Source of the DNA: an uncultured Candidatus Actinomarina sp.
GTDB taxonomy: Bacteria; Actinomycetota; Acidimicrobiia; Actinomarinales; Actinomarinaceae
NCBI GenBank assembly: GCA_902593475.1
Contig: CACJIM010000002.1
Location: 2,427 to 66,426, forward strand
DNA: 64,000 bases
Direction of reading: 5' to 3'
Position 1 is the first letter of the stretch; each line of letters begins with the position of its first letter. Both the position numbers and the translations under genes were made by a program. Positions 1-9,499 of the stretch are shown here, piece by piece. The notes beneath the pieces were generated by a model. It had not been told where the DNA came from. It saw only the letters and a program-made list of their open reading frames with translations, and did no database searches.

Positions 1-2
1 GG

Positions 3-182
3 ATAGAAACAAGAGATGTTTATCCAGCTTTATCTTCTCAAAAATACTTAGATGAATATAAGTCTGATAATTTAGAATATTCAGAAAATATTTACAATAA
101 ATTACTATGGCTTCCATCTGGAAATAACATAAGCGAAGAGCAGCTATCATTTATTTGTGAAACTATTTCAAAGTTTAAATGA
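3..182 (+). CDS. 3' end of a DegT/DnrJ/EryC1/StrS-family sugar aminotransferase (partial at window start)
   Basis: Frame 3 is open from base 3 to TGA at 180-182: IETRDVYPALS...NKLLWLPSGNNISEEQLSFICETISKFK, resembling the LxLP-x-ending C-terminus of DegT proteins; sits in a glycan cluster. Confidence 0.6.
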   Translation: METRDVYPALSSQKYLDEYKSDNLEYSENIYNKLLWLPSGNNISEEQLSFICETISKFK

Positions 183-218
183 ATATAAACATTTATTTTT
201 ATATCAATCTAATATGAA

Positions 219-971
219 GTGATGTATGTAAACATTGTATGGTATTTAAAAAGAATATATAGAAAAATTACAGGTTCAGGTTCCGTAGACACTTGGCAAT
301 TTAGAGACTACCTATACAAAGAATTAATAGATTTATATGGCAAAGAATATTTCAACAACAAAAGAATATTAGAAATAGGACCTCGTGATGGAGAGGATTC
401 TAAAAGATTAGAAGAACTTAATCCCTCAGAGTTTATTTTAATTGACCTTCCTGACAAAGAGGCTATTAATAATGAATGGTTGGGTGATTTGAAATCAAAT
501 CATAAATTTATTCAAGCAAATTTTTTATATATGTCACAAGAAGAATATGAAAGCATAGGTAAATTTGATTTAATTTACTTTACAGGGGTTTTGTATCATA
601 ATCCGGAACAATTAAGATTTATTCAAAAAATTTATGAAAAACTTAATTTTGGTGGTGTAGTCGTTTTAGAGAGTGCTACAACTAGAAAAAGAAAGTTTAT
701 TAATGAAAATGTTGTTGAAATACATCATCCAAAAACATATAGAGACACAACTACCATAAGCCATCTTCCTTCTAAACAAGCAATACTGAGTTGGCTTGAC
801 ATGGTTGGATTTAAAGAAATATTTATTTCAAAAAGCCATGAAAAAGAAAATTACAACACAAAAAATGTTCGCCTTGCTTGTATAGCTAAAAAAAATAAAG
901 AGGACATGCCGAGTAGCTATTATGAAAAAGATTTAAAAGAAAATGCCTTTATTATCGGAGGGTCAAATTAA
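219..971 (+). CDS. Class I SAM-dependent methyltransferase
   Basis: Motif I RILEIGPRDG; FDLIYFTGVLYH; GGVVVLES. Confidence 0.75.
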   Translation: MMYVNIVWYLKRIYRKITGSGSVDTWQFRDYLYKELIDLYGKEYFNNKRILEIGPRDGEDSKRLEELNPSEFILIDLPDKEAINNEWLGDLKSNHKFIQANFLYMSQEEYESIGKFDLIYFTGVLYHNPEQLRFIQKIYEKLNFGGVVVLESATTRKRKFINENVVEIHHPKTYRDTTTISHLPSKQAILSWLDMVGFKEIFISKSHEKENYNTKNVRLACIAKKNKEDMPSSYYEKDLKENAFIIGGSN

Positions 972-1097
972 TGAAAAAATTATATCCTTCTAGCAACCAA
1001 GCAAAATAGTAAACAAATCTATTAATAGGTATTTTATTTTCTATTGAGTTAGTAATTACTTTTTTTATTCTGCATTATTTATATGATTTCAATGTTT

Positions 1098-1565
1098 TTA
1101 TATATCTCTAATTGTTCTTGCTGGATTACCATATGCTAATTTACCCACAGAGACATCCTTAGTTACAACACTGCCAGCACCAATGAGACAATTTTTCATT
1201 AATTTGACGCCACATATTATTGTGCTGTTTGCACCTATTGACACATAATCCTCGACTGAAGTTTTAACTATTCTGGCCTCATCCCAACCATCTACTTTTG
1301 GAAACAAGTCATTTGTAAATACTACCGAAGGACCTATGAAAACATTTCTACCAATATCAACACCTTTATAGATTGATACATTGTTCTGTATTTTGGAATT
1401 ATCACCAATTACAACACCCTCGTCGATATACACATTTTGTCCAATTGTTACATTTGAACCAATAATTACATTTTCTCTAATATGTGTGAAGTGCCAAATT
1501 TTTGTATTGTCCCCAATTGTTGAATTACTGTCTACCAATGCAGTATCGTGCTTAAAATAATTCAT
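1098..1565 (-). CDS. Hexapeptide-repeat N-acetyltransferase (WbpD/WlbB-like, amino-sugar)
   Basis: IGDNTKIWHF, IGSNVTIGQNV, FIGPSVVFTND, IGAGSVVTKDV, GNPAR; ATG at 1565 is preceded by TATTAT plus 6 nt (ORF track starts at TTG 1571). Confidence 0.85.
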   Translation of the reverse strand: MNYFKHDTALVDSNSTIGDNTKIWHFTHIRENVIIGSNVTIGQNVYIDEGVVIGDNSKIQNNVSIYKGVDIGRNVFIGPSVVFTNDLFPKVDGWDEARIVKTSVEDYVSIGANSTIICGVKLMKNCLIGAGSVVTKDVSVGKLAYGNPARTIRDI

Positions 1566-1634
1566 ATTCAAATAATATCATCGAAGATTAGAATTGTGAG
1601 AATGTTTTTGTAGTAGTTTTTATTAATTTAGAAA

Positions 1635-1681
1635 AGGTATACATGGCTATAGGCGAATTCTAATTTATAACCCCTTGTTTT
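1635..1681 (-). repeat. Degenerate direct repeat of the tRNA-Phe 3' half (relic att-like copy 1)
   Basis: Ungapped match to 2801-2847 at 33/47 nt, including the exact 12-mer accccttgtttt. Confidence 0.75.
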
Positions 1682-1686
1682 AATAT

Positions 1687-1723
1687 TATTGGTTATCTGA
1701 GGCAGGTTCGAACTACTATAACC
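1687..1723 (-). repeat. Degenerate direct repeat of the tRNA-Phe T-arm/3' end (relic att-like copy 2)
   Basis: 1687-1716 matches 2804-2833 at 23/30 nt (tattggt, gaggcag and tcgaact blocks); minus strand reads GTAGTTCGAACCTGCC...ACCA. Confidence 0.7.
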
Positions 1724-1739
1724 ATAATTTTATAAAATA

Positions 1740-2747
1740 CTAGTAAATTAAAATATCTCCATGAGCATTGCTGTAAGAAATTTCATTACATATATCATTT
1801 AAAAACCCCGATCTAACCTTATAATTGTTATTACTTCTATCAAGCAAAATAGCATTGCTGTAAGAATTATTAATAAATAAATCCTCAAAGTTTTTAATAA
1901 ATAAATTTGGCGATTCTTGAGTAGAAGAAATTAAAGCAGGATTTATTTCAAATACTATTACCGGTTTAGAGGTAAGTTCTTGTACACCCTTTAACACAGA
2001 GTATTCATAACCCTCAATGTCGAGCCAAATCAATGTTCTTCTACTTATAGTTGGTATTTCATCCAATTCTGACAATGTACTTATTTTTCTTTTTTCGATA
2101 TTTTTAATATTTAAATTCATTTTTTTAGTATATTTCTCGATAAAACTTTTATTTAAAGTATCAAAAACCATTGAGTTTCCAGATTCGCCTTGAAAAGTTA
2201 CAAAAAACACATCTTTTTTAGAGGTTCCAATTAAAGACATAACTGTCTTACATCGTTGAGATAAATTATTTATATATATATTTGCATCTAAATAATTTTT
2301 AGAATAAGTATTCCCCTCAATTGCAGTTGCAGTTAATTTTTTATCAAGAAGAAGAAATGTGGTTGTAACTGAACCAATGTTTGCACCAACTTCTACAAGA
2401 TTTGAAATGGTTAATTTATTTTCTTTCAACAACCTTAAAACTTCCAAAACTTTTTTACTTTCATAGGGTTCTTGGTTTATGAATATTTTCTTACTTATTA
2501 TTCTGTCATTTGTATTTATAAAATATTTGCCATAACTTGTAGAAACTAATATCTCTTTATCTAAAGGTAAAAGTATAAAGAATATAATTCTAAATATTTT
2601 AAGATTTGAGACTTTGTTAAATATTATTTGAAAAGGAATAAATATTACATCTATATATTTTAAAAAATATGAAAATATCAATTGAACACTTTTTTTCTTT
2701 TTTAAGCTATCAAATATTTTTTTAGATATATTCGTTTTTTGAGTCAT
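1740..2747 (-). CDS. FkbM-family methyltransferase
   Basis: VEVGANIGS, LIWLDIEGYEYSVLKG, PVIVFE motifs. Confidence 0.85.
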   Translation of the reverse strand: MTQKTNISKKIFDSLKKKKSVQLIFSYFLKYIDVIFIPFQIIFNKVSNLKIFRIIFFILLPLDKEILVSTSYGKYFINTNDRIISKKIFINQEPYESKKVLEVLRLLKENKLTISNLVEVGANIGSVTTTFLLLDKKLTATAIEGNTYSKNYLDANIYINNLSQRCKTVMSLIGTSKKDVFFVTFQGESGNSMVFDTLNKSFIEKYTKKMNLNIKNIEKRKISTLSELDEIPTISRRTLIWLDIEGYEYSVLKGVQELTSKPVIVFEINPALISSTQESPNLFIKNFEDLFINNSYSNAILLDRSNNNYKVRSGFLNDICNEISYSNAHGDILIY

Positions 2748-2806
2748 AATTGTTAATGATATATTGTCTTTGAAAGAAAGCTAGTAAGAAAAATTCTTAT
2801 AGGTAT

Positions 2807-2882
2807 TGGTGGCCAGAGGCAGAATCGAACTGCCGACCCCTTGTTTTTCAGACAAGTGCTCTACCGACTGAGCTATCTGGCC
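2807..2882 (-). tRNA. tRNA-Phe(GAA)
   Basis: Cloverleaf: acceptor GGCCAGA/TCTGGCC, anticodon arm CTTGT-CTGAAAA-ACAAG, T-loop TTCGATT, encoded CCA. Confidence 0.97.
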
Positions 2883-2888
2883 AATTAG

Positions 2889-2963
2889 CGGGGACGACGG
2901 GATTCGAACCCGCGACCTCCTGCGTGACAGGCAGGCGTGAACTCCAGACTTCACCACGCCCCC
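2889..2963 (-). tRNA. tRNA-Asp(GTC)
   Basis: Acceptor GGGGGCG/CGTCCCC, anticodon arm CCTGC-CTGTCAC-GCAGG, GGTTCGAATCC; followed by CTA, not CCA. Confidence 0.96.
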
Positions 2964-3030
2964 GTAATACATAGATTATAATGCAAAAAAAAATAACTTC
3001 GTAATATATTTTGAAGCAATACAATATAAT

Positions 3031-4470
3031 ATGATGAAATTTAGTAGTTTAATAAAATATCTATTTAGGTTTATATTTTTACAAGGCATTATCACTTCTT
3101 TTATTATTTTTTATTTTGATAATTTTTTAATTTCGAATGAAGAATTTAAACAAGTCATTTATTTAAATTTAGTTGAAGACTCAAGTAGGTTCTTACCATT
3201 TATAAATATTGAATTGATAACTGTTGATGGGTTCTTTGCTGTTATAGTTTTTTTGTTTTTGATAATTCTTTATTCAACAAAATTTTATACATATGTAAAT
3301 GAGCTTTCATATTCTGTAAACAAAAACTTACTTGATGAATATTTTCAGCTTTACCTTCTGTGGACAAGCTACTTGTTTGCTATGTTTTACATTTTTAGAT
3401 TCGAAAATGTATCTAGAGGTTATTTATTTATCCTTTCATTTTTAATTCCACTTCTCCTCTTATTGTTGAGAAATACAGAATTTTTATCCGGTTTATTAGG
3501 AAGGTCTGTAACAAACGAAACTTTTTTAACAGTTAATCTAGAAAAAAATTCAAACTTTAGAAATCTCAGAATTATTACTTTTAGAAAGTCACTTGGAGAC
3601 CTCTTAAAAAATGATATAAATAATACTGATGATCTTATAAGTGAAATTGATAAGATAAACAAAGTCAAAAAAATTAATCTGATAGTCATAAATCTAGAGG
3701 ATAAGAAACAACTAAAACTTAATTTAGAAAAATATTTAATCAACACTAATAAAAAAATACTCTTAATATCTGAAAAAAAACCTATTTTTAAAACTAGCTT
3801 TATTTACAGACAAGAAAATATTGATGGTATGTTTTTTACTTACTTTAACAATGATATACAGTACGGTTCCAAATATATTCTTAAAAGAATCTTAGATATT
3901 TTCATATCTCTACTTGGATTAGTAATATTTTCACCTATCATGCTTTTACTCTCTTTATATATTTTGGTAATTGACGGATATCCATTTCATGTAGTTCAAA
4001 AACGTGTTGGCCTACATGGAGAAATATTCAATATGTATAAATTTAGATCAATGAAAAAAAATTCTCATGAGTTACGTGATGACCTTAATGCTTTGAATCA
4101 ATCAGATGGTCCGTTATTTAAGATAGAAAATGATCCAAGAATACTAAAAGGGTTAAATTTTGCAAGGAAATATAGCTTAGATGAGCTTCTACAGTTCATA
4201 AATGTTTTAAAAGGAGACATGTCTATTGTTGGACCAAGGCCTTTGTTTGATGATGATACTCAACAATTTGATACTAATTATATGCGTAGGTTGAATGTAT
4301 TGCCCGGTATAACTGGTTTACTTCAAATTAATGAAAGAAATACCTCAGAGTTTGAAATTTGGTATAAATACGATATGGAGTACATAGAAAATTGGAGCTT
4401 ATATCTAGATTTGAAAATAATTTTACTAACTCCCTTTTCAATATTTTCAAAAAAAATAAAAGGTATCTAG
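3031..4470 (+). CDS. Polyprenyl-phosphate sugar (priming) transferase, WcaJ/CpsE-like
   Basis: N-terminal TM segments; C-terminal KRILD, FNMYKFRSM, DPR, SLDELLQFINVLKGDMSIVGPRP, PGITGLLQ. Confidence 0.92.
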   Translation: MMKFSSLIKYLFRFIFLQGIITSFIIFYFDNFLISNEEFKQVIYLNLVEDSSRFLPFINIELITVDGFFAVIVFLFLIILYSTKFYTYVNELSYSVNKNLLDEYFQLYLLWTSYLFAMFYIFRFENVSRGYLFILSFLIPLLLLLLRNTEFLSGLLGRSVTNETFLTVNLEKNSNFRNLRIITFRKSLGDLLKNDINNTDDLISEIDKINKVKKINLIVINLEDKKQLKLNLEKYLINTNKKILLISEKKPIFKTSFIYRQENIDGMFFTYFNNDIQYGSKYILKRILDIFISLLGLVIFSPIMLLLSLYILVIDGYPFHVVQKRVGLHGEIFNMYKFRSMKKNSHELRDDLNALNQSDGPLFKIENDPRILKGLNFARKYSLDELLQFINVLKGDMSIVGPRPLFDDDTQQFDTNYMRRLNVLPGITGLLQINERNTSEFEIWYKYDMEYIENWSLYLDLKIILLTPFSIFSKKIKGI

Positions 4471-4473
4471 TAG

Positions 4474-4546
4474 TGGGTCGGGTGGGAATCGAACCCACGA
4501 CCTTGAGCTTAAAAGGCTCCTGCTCTGCCGATTGAGCTACCGACCC
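4474..4546 (-). tRNA. tRNA-Lys(TTT)
   Basis: Acceptor GGGTCGG/CCGACCC, anticodon loop CTTTTAA, GGTTCGATTCC; followed by CTA. Confidence 0.95.
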
Positions 4547-4605
4547 AGTTAATTAATAACAAAGAATAGTATAAACATTTCTTTTTGTTATAAGGAATAC
4601 AAACT

Positions 4606-4920
4606 TTACTCTTCCTCTAGAAGAGAGTCTGATTCAAAAACTTCTGAAAATTTACTCTTTGTTTGATGAAGTAAGTTTTTGAGCTCAACATTTATATTAC
4701 TTACTACCTCTTTTGTTTCTTTTTTTATTTCTTCATCTGTTACGGTAGATTCGACTGTTTGGATTATATTGTTAATAAGTTCAGAAGTATTTTCAATTGT
4801 ATTTTTAAAAGTATCTTTTAAGTCTTCTACGAGATCTTCCTCATCAATACGTGATTTGATTTTCTTGGCAACCTTTGCAATATCATTTGAAATATCAGAC
4901 CATTTTTGCTCTTCATCCAT
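4606..4920 (-). CDS. Hypothetical acidic helical protein
   Basis: 104-aa ORF with TATAAT 7 nt upstream of ATG; no recognised motif. Confidence 0.6.
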   Translation of the reverse strand: MDEEQKWSDISNDIAKVAKKIKSRIDEEDLVEDLKDTFKNTIENTSELINNIIQTVESTVTDEEIKKETKEVVSNINVELKNLLHQTKSKFSEVFESDSLLEEE

Positions 4921-4937
4921 ATTATTTATTATATTGC

Positions 4938-5780
4938 CTAGTAATTAGCTTTGTCACTAAATCGTAAGTTGGGTGATTTAGTAATCCTTTGTCTTGCCCA
5001 CCTTGCAGGAGCAATAAGACGGAAAAATGGAGGAAGAAAAGGCCTTGTAAACTTTAATAAAAATAAATTAAAATTTACCAAAAATGTTTTTACTTTAGAA
5101 CTGCTAATTCCATATATATCTTTAAACTCTTTAGGTAGTGTATTAAACGCAGTAAATGCAATAAAAGGCCAGATTGGTTTTATATGTTTCGGAACTGGAC
5201 CACCTCCAATTATGTCATATACATCCATAGCCACATCGGTCTTGACTAAGTAATTTTTCTCTCTTGATTTCTCAATAACCCATTCTTTTAGTTCATTATG
5301 TGTTTTTGGTATTTGTTCTCTGTCTACTAAAACCATTTCTGCTGCTAGAGAGTTTTCTTTATGATATTTGTCTTTTTCCTCTTCGGTTAAGTTTCCTACA
5401 GTTTTTTCATAGAAGTAAATTGATGAAATCTGTAAACACGCATGTACCCATAAAAGTTGCTCATGATCTAAAGCATCATAATAACCACCTGTTACCGAAT
5501 CTTCCCCTTTAATAACCTCATGTAATTTATTTATTCTGTGTGCACTTTCGTCAGCTTCAGCCTTAGTGCCAAATGTTACAGAGTTTTGGAGTGAAAGGGT
5601 CCTAATCAATCTCTTCCACGGATCTCTCTGGTAAAAGGATGTCTGCCTTGCGCCTGCAGCAATAAGAGGATGCGCAGCATGCATTAATAATGCCCTTGCT
5701 CCACCAAATAAAACTGTGATTTCTTTATTTACCTTCCACATCATTGATTCAGGTCCAAAATATCCAGGATCACCATTCAT
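4938..5780 (-). CDS. Oxygenase MpaB/DUF2236-family protein
   Basis: GYFGPESMMWKV, GGARALLMHAAHP, DPWKRL, LHEVIKG, YDALDHEQLLWVHACL; likely start MNGDPG at 5780 (ORF track 5861). Confidence 0.85.
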   Translation of the reverse strand: MNGDPGYFGPESMMWKVNKEITVLFGGARALLMHAAHPLIAAGARQTSFYQRDPWKRLIRTLSLQNSVTFGTKAEADESAHRINKLHEVIKGEDSVTGGYYDALDHEQLLWVHACLQISSIYFYEKTVGNLTEEEKDKYHKENSLAAEMVLVDREQIPKTHNELKEWVIEKSREKNYLVKTDVAMDVYDIIGGGPVPKHIKPIWPFIAFTAFNTLPKEFKDIYGISSSKVKTFLVNFNLFLLKFTRPFLPPFFRLIAPARWARQRITKSPNLRFSDKANY

Positions 5781-5876
5781 ATAAGTAAATATTATCAATT
5801 TATATAAAATATAATTAATCAAGGTATAACAAAAAATTATTTTTATGTCTTTTTTAAACATATACTTACAAATAGA

Positions 5877-7001
5877 ATGACCAAAAACTTAAACTACGTA
5901 ACATACCAAACATTTCCTGCGCAAACAGCAAATAGTTTACAAACAATATCAAACATTAAATATCTTATTAAAAATGGAGTGACAGTAAATCTTTATTTTC
6001 CATTAAGAGAAAAACAGAGCAGTGCAGATATAAAATCTTTACAGGATTTTTACAAATTTACGGAAACTTTCAATTCATTTGGAGTAAAACATCCTTATCC
6101 TCACGGAAAAATTAAATTCATCCAAAAATTGTGGTTTCATATAAGTCATATTTTATGGTCTAAAAAATTAATAAAAACAAGTTTTAAAAATGATAGGGAT
6201 AGTTATTTTTTTACAAGATCTGACTGGATAGCCTATTTTTTAGCAAATCAAGGCAGTAAAGTCATTTTCGAATGCCATCAAACATCTAAAGTAAGAAATT
6301 TTGTAATTAAAAAGATTGGAATGTTAGAAAATGTAAAATTTATTTTCTTAAATGAGAACTTGTACAAAAATTATAAAGAAGTGAATCAATCTATTGTTTT
6401 ACACAACGCTGCAGATTCAGATTTATTATCTATAAATTCGAACAAAAAAGAAAATTCCATTGTTTTTCTCGGAAATACACATAGGTTTAATCAATCTCGA
6501 GGTATAGGACAAATAATTTCCTGGTGGTCGGATACTGAGTTAAGAGAAAATTATACATTAGAAATTATTGGCGGTTCAACAAAGGATTGTGTTAACTTAA
6601 AAAATGAAATCCATGAATTAAAGTTATCAAACATTATTAAAGCCTCTCCATGGGTTGACAGGAAAATTGCAGCAAAAAAGCTGTCAGAAGCTACATTTGG
6701 ATTATTAATTAACACTCCAGATAACGATCACTCTTATTTATACACTTCACCGCTGAAGTATTTTGAGTACTTATATTGTGGCCTGTCTGTGATTGCAGTA
6801 GACTTTCCATCTCATAGAACATTACCAATTAATGAAAAAGTTAGTTTTTTTGAAAATGGTAATAAAGAATCATTTATTAATAGTTTAAATAATGCTAAAA
6901 AAAACATACCTCTGTCTAAAGATCAACTCTATATTACTTCACTAGATTACAGGGCAAAAAAGTTAATAGAGTTTATATTTAGCACGCCTGGAGGGATTTG
7001 A
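5877..7001 (+). CDS. GT4-family (GT-B) glycosyltransferase
   Basis: TSPLKYFEYLYCGLSVIAVD (EX7E-type region), FFECH; last 19 nt overlap tRNA-Arg on the opposite strand. Confidence 0.85.
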   Translation: MTKNLNYVTYQTFPAQTANSLQTISNIKYLIKNGVTVNLYFPLREKQSSADIKSLQDFYKFTETFNSFGVKHPYPHGKIKFIQKLWFHISHILWSKKLIKTSFKNDRDSYFFTRSDWIAYFLANQGSKVIFECHQTSKVRNFVIKKIGMLENVKFIFLNENLYKNYKEVNQSIVLHNAADSDLLSINSNKKENSIVFLGNTHRFNQSRGIGQIISWWSDTELRENYTLEIIGGSTKDCVNLKNEIHELKLSNIIKASPWVDRKIAAKKLSEATFGLLINTPDNDHSYLYTSPLKYFEYLYCGLSVIAVDFPSHRTLPINEKVSFFENGNKESFINSLNNAKKNIPLSKDQLYITSLDYRAKKLIEFIFSTPGGI

Positions 7002-7056
7002 ACCCCCAACCCTCTGATCCGAAGTCAGATGCTCTATCCAGTTGAGCTACAGGCGC
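6983..7056 (-). tRNA. tRNA-Arg(TCG)
   Basis: Acceptor GCGCCTG/CAGGCGT, anticodon arm TCTGA-CTTCGGA-TCAGA, GGTTCAAATCC; followed by CTA. Confidence 0.95.
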
Positions 7057-7088
7057 ATATTTTTTTTCTTTTAATAATATAAATACTA

Positions 7089-7826
7089 ATGAGAAAATTA
7101 AAAATTTTAAAAACTAATATATCTGAATTAACATTGGATCAGCTTTCAAAAACTCTACTTAATGAATCAAAGAAAACTGTAGCAGTCTGTAATGCTAACT
7201 CATTAGTAAGGTCATATAAAGACACTAATTTACAAAATATTATCAACAGTTTTGATATTTGTACTCCCGATGGATTTCCTGTCGCAATGGCTTCACGACT
7301 TTTATATAAAAATAAACAACAGAGAGTTGATGGGTTTAAAATTTTTAATAACACATTAGTTAATAGTGAACATACTGGAATAACTCACTACTTTTTTGGT
7401 AATACTGAAGAGGTTGTGGTGAAAATTATAAATAAATATAAAAAAAATTTTCCTGGTGTTAATATTGTAGGTTTTTGTTGTCCACCATTTTTAAATGTTG
7501 ATGAATTAGCAAGTGACCAATATTTTAAAGAGATTATAGAACTCAATCCGGATATAATTTGGTTCTCCCTTGGATTTCCAAAACAAGAAAGATTAATAGA
7601 CCTAGTAAAACAAAAATACTCGTTATCTTCAAATCTTGTTGGAGTAGGTTTCACATTTGATTGGACTGCAGGAACTAAGTATAAAGCCCCAGAGTTAATA
7701 GCGAATATTGGGTTAGAGTGGTTTTTTAGATTGATTCAAGAGCCCAGGAGACTTTACAAAAGATATTTAATTGATAATTCATTATTTATACTTTACTTTT
7801 TGAGGCAACTACTCTTTCGCAGATAA
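7089..7826 (+). CDS. WecB/TagA/CpsF-family glycosyltransferase
   Basis: TPDGFPV, RVDG, SLGFPKQE, GLEWFFRLIQEPRRLYKRY. Confidence 0.92.
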   Translation: MRKLKILKTNISELTLDQLSKTLLNESKKTVAVCNANSLVRSYKDTNLQNIINSFDICTPDGFPVAMASRLLYKNKQQRVDGFKIFNNTLVNSEHTGITHYFFGNTEEVVVKIINKYKKNFPGVNIVGFCCPPFLNVDELASDQYFKEIIELNPDIIWFSLGFPKQERLIDLVKQKYSLSSNLVGVGFTFDWTAGTKYKAPELIANIGLEWFFRLIQEPRRLYKRYLIDNSLFILYFLRQLLFRR

Positions 7827-7858
7827 TCATTAAAATAAAGATTAGAAAATTGTATTAA

Positions 7859-9499
7859 ATGAATAACCTTTTTAACAAATTAATAAATTTACTGAATAAT
7901 GAATTTAAAAAATTTGATTTAGATGAAGCTATAAAGTTAAATTTATCAAAAATGCCAGAGTTTGATATGCAGATAAATAATTTAGTTAAGTACAATAAAT
8001 CAGACTTTTTTAGTAGTCTTCAAAAAAATATTATTGAAATTATTGATTCAACAAACTACTTTCTACCAGTTGAAAAAAATGAGATTGGTTTTTTAAACTT
8101 AGTTTTTAACCACGATAATTTAATTAAAGATATAACAAATAAGAAAAGTGATTTTGAAATCAATAATCGTGAGAAGATAATCTTTGATTATGGTGGCCCA
8201 AACATAGGTAAACCTTTGCACGTTGGGCACATGCGTACGCTTAATATTGGAAGAAGTTTATATAACATTCACTCTTTTATTGGAAATAATGTTGTTAGCG
8301 ACATTCATTTAGGTGATTGGGGTATGCCTATTGCACAAATTATTACATATTTAGAGAATCAATCAGTTGATATAAATGCTCTAGATTCCGATCAATTAGA
8401 AATAATATATCCAAAAGCTAGCGAGCAATACAAAATTAGCGAAAATTTTAAAATTCGAGCTCAAGAAATCAATAAACTTCTTAATGACAATGACGCAGAA
8501 CTTCTAAAAATATGGGAGTCGATTAAAAATATATCTAAAAAAAGTCTGGAAGAAAATTTTTCACTTCTTAATCACAGTTTTGATTATTGGTTAGGTGAAA
8601 GTGATGTAAATGAGTTGATTCCAGAAATGATCGAGTCACTGTACAAAAACAAAAAAATTATTGATGACTCAGGAGCTTTAATAAGTGCTGAAGACACAGA
8701 TCCAAAAATATTAATTACAAAATCTGATGGCTCATATCTATATATAACCACTGATCTTGCAACTATCTTGTATAGACAAAATAATATTGGATACGACAAA
8801 ACACTTTATATTGTTGATAATCGTCAATCTTTACACTTTCAACAGTTATTTGATTCAATAAAGTTTTTTGAATTCAATAATCTACACCATGAGCATATTT
8901 CTTATGGAACTCTTAACGACAGTGATGGTAACCCTTTTAAAACTAGAGATGGTGGAACAAAACCTCTAAGTGAATTATTTGAAGAAACACAAAATTACAT
9001 AAAAAATATAAATAGTGACCTGGAGAAATCAACAATCAAACAATTGACAAATTCTGTTTTAACTTTTAGTGATTTGATTACAAATAGAAAAACTGACTAT
9101 AAGTTTGATTTAGAAAAATTCACCAACGTAAATGGTAAAACAGGAATCTATGTTCAATATGCTCAAGTAAGGGCAAAAAAATTACAACAAAGCATCCCTC
9201 AGCAAAAAAATGAAATCGAAAATTTAGTTCTGTCTGATATTGATAAACAATTGCTATCGCAATTATTTATGTTTGGATATTTTCTTGAGCAGTCTTTTTT
9301 GCTTAATGAACCTCACCATCTTGCAAATTATCTATATGATATCTCAAATTCATTTAATCAATTTTATGAACATGAAAAACTTTCAGAAATAGAAAACTCT
9401 ATTCATTTGAGCTCCAAACTTTATTTGGTAAATTTATTTTTAACTACTAGTCAAAACGTCATGTTTTGTTTAGGTATAAAGCCTGTTGAAAAAATGTAA
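7859..9499 (+). CDS. argS: Arginine--tRNA ligase
   Basis: DYGGPNIGKPLHVGHMR (HIGH), HLGDWG, KSDGSYLYITTDLA, FKTRDG, GIYVQYA, GIKPVEKM. Confidence 0.96.
   Translation: MNNLFNKLINLLNNEFKKFDLDEAIKLNLSKMPEFDMQINNLVKYNKSDFFSSLQKNIIEIIDSTNYFLPVEKNEIGFLNLVFNHDNLIKDITNKKSDFEINNREKIIFDYGGPNIGKPLHVGHMRTLNIGRSLYNIHSFIGNNVVSDIHLGDWGMPIAQIITYLENQSVDINALDSDQLEIIYPKASEQYKISENFKIRAQEINKLLNDNDAELLKIWESIKNISKKSLEENFSLLNHSFDYWLGESDVNELIPEMIESLYKNKKIIDDSGALISAEDTDPKILITKSDGSYLYITTDLATILYRQNNIGYDKTLYIVDNRQSLHFQQLFDSIKFFEFNNLHHEHISYGTLNDSDGNPFKTRDGGTKPLSELFEETQNYIKNINSDLEKSTIKQLTNSVLTFSDLITNRKTDYKFDLEKFTNVNGKTGIYVQYAQVRAKKLQQSIPQQKNEIENLVLSDIDKQLLSQLFMFGYFLEQSFLLNEPHHLANYLYDISNSFNQFYEHEKLSEIENSIHLSSKLYLVNLFLTTSQNVMFCLGIKPVEKM

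Noticed and set aside
1025-1033. ataggtatt 9-mer identical to the tRNA-Phe trailer, a possible third att relic
   Set aside because: The match does not extend into the tRNA body; a 9-mer in AT-rich DNA is not significant.
2781-2972. 63-aa ORF on the minus strand
   Set aside because: It is a translation of tRNA-Asp and tRNA-Phe, not a protein gene.
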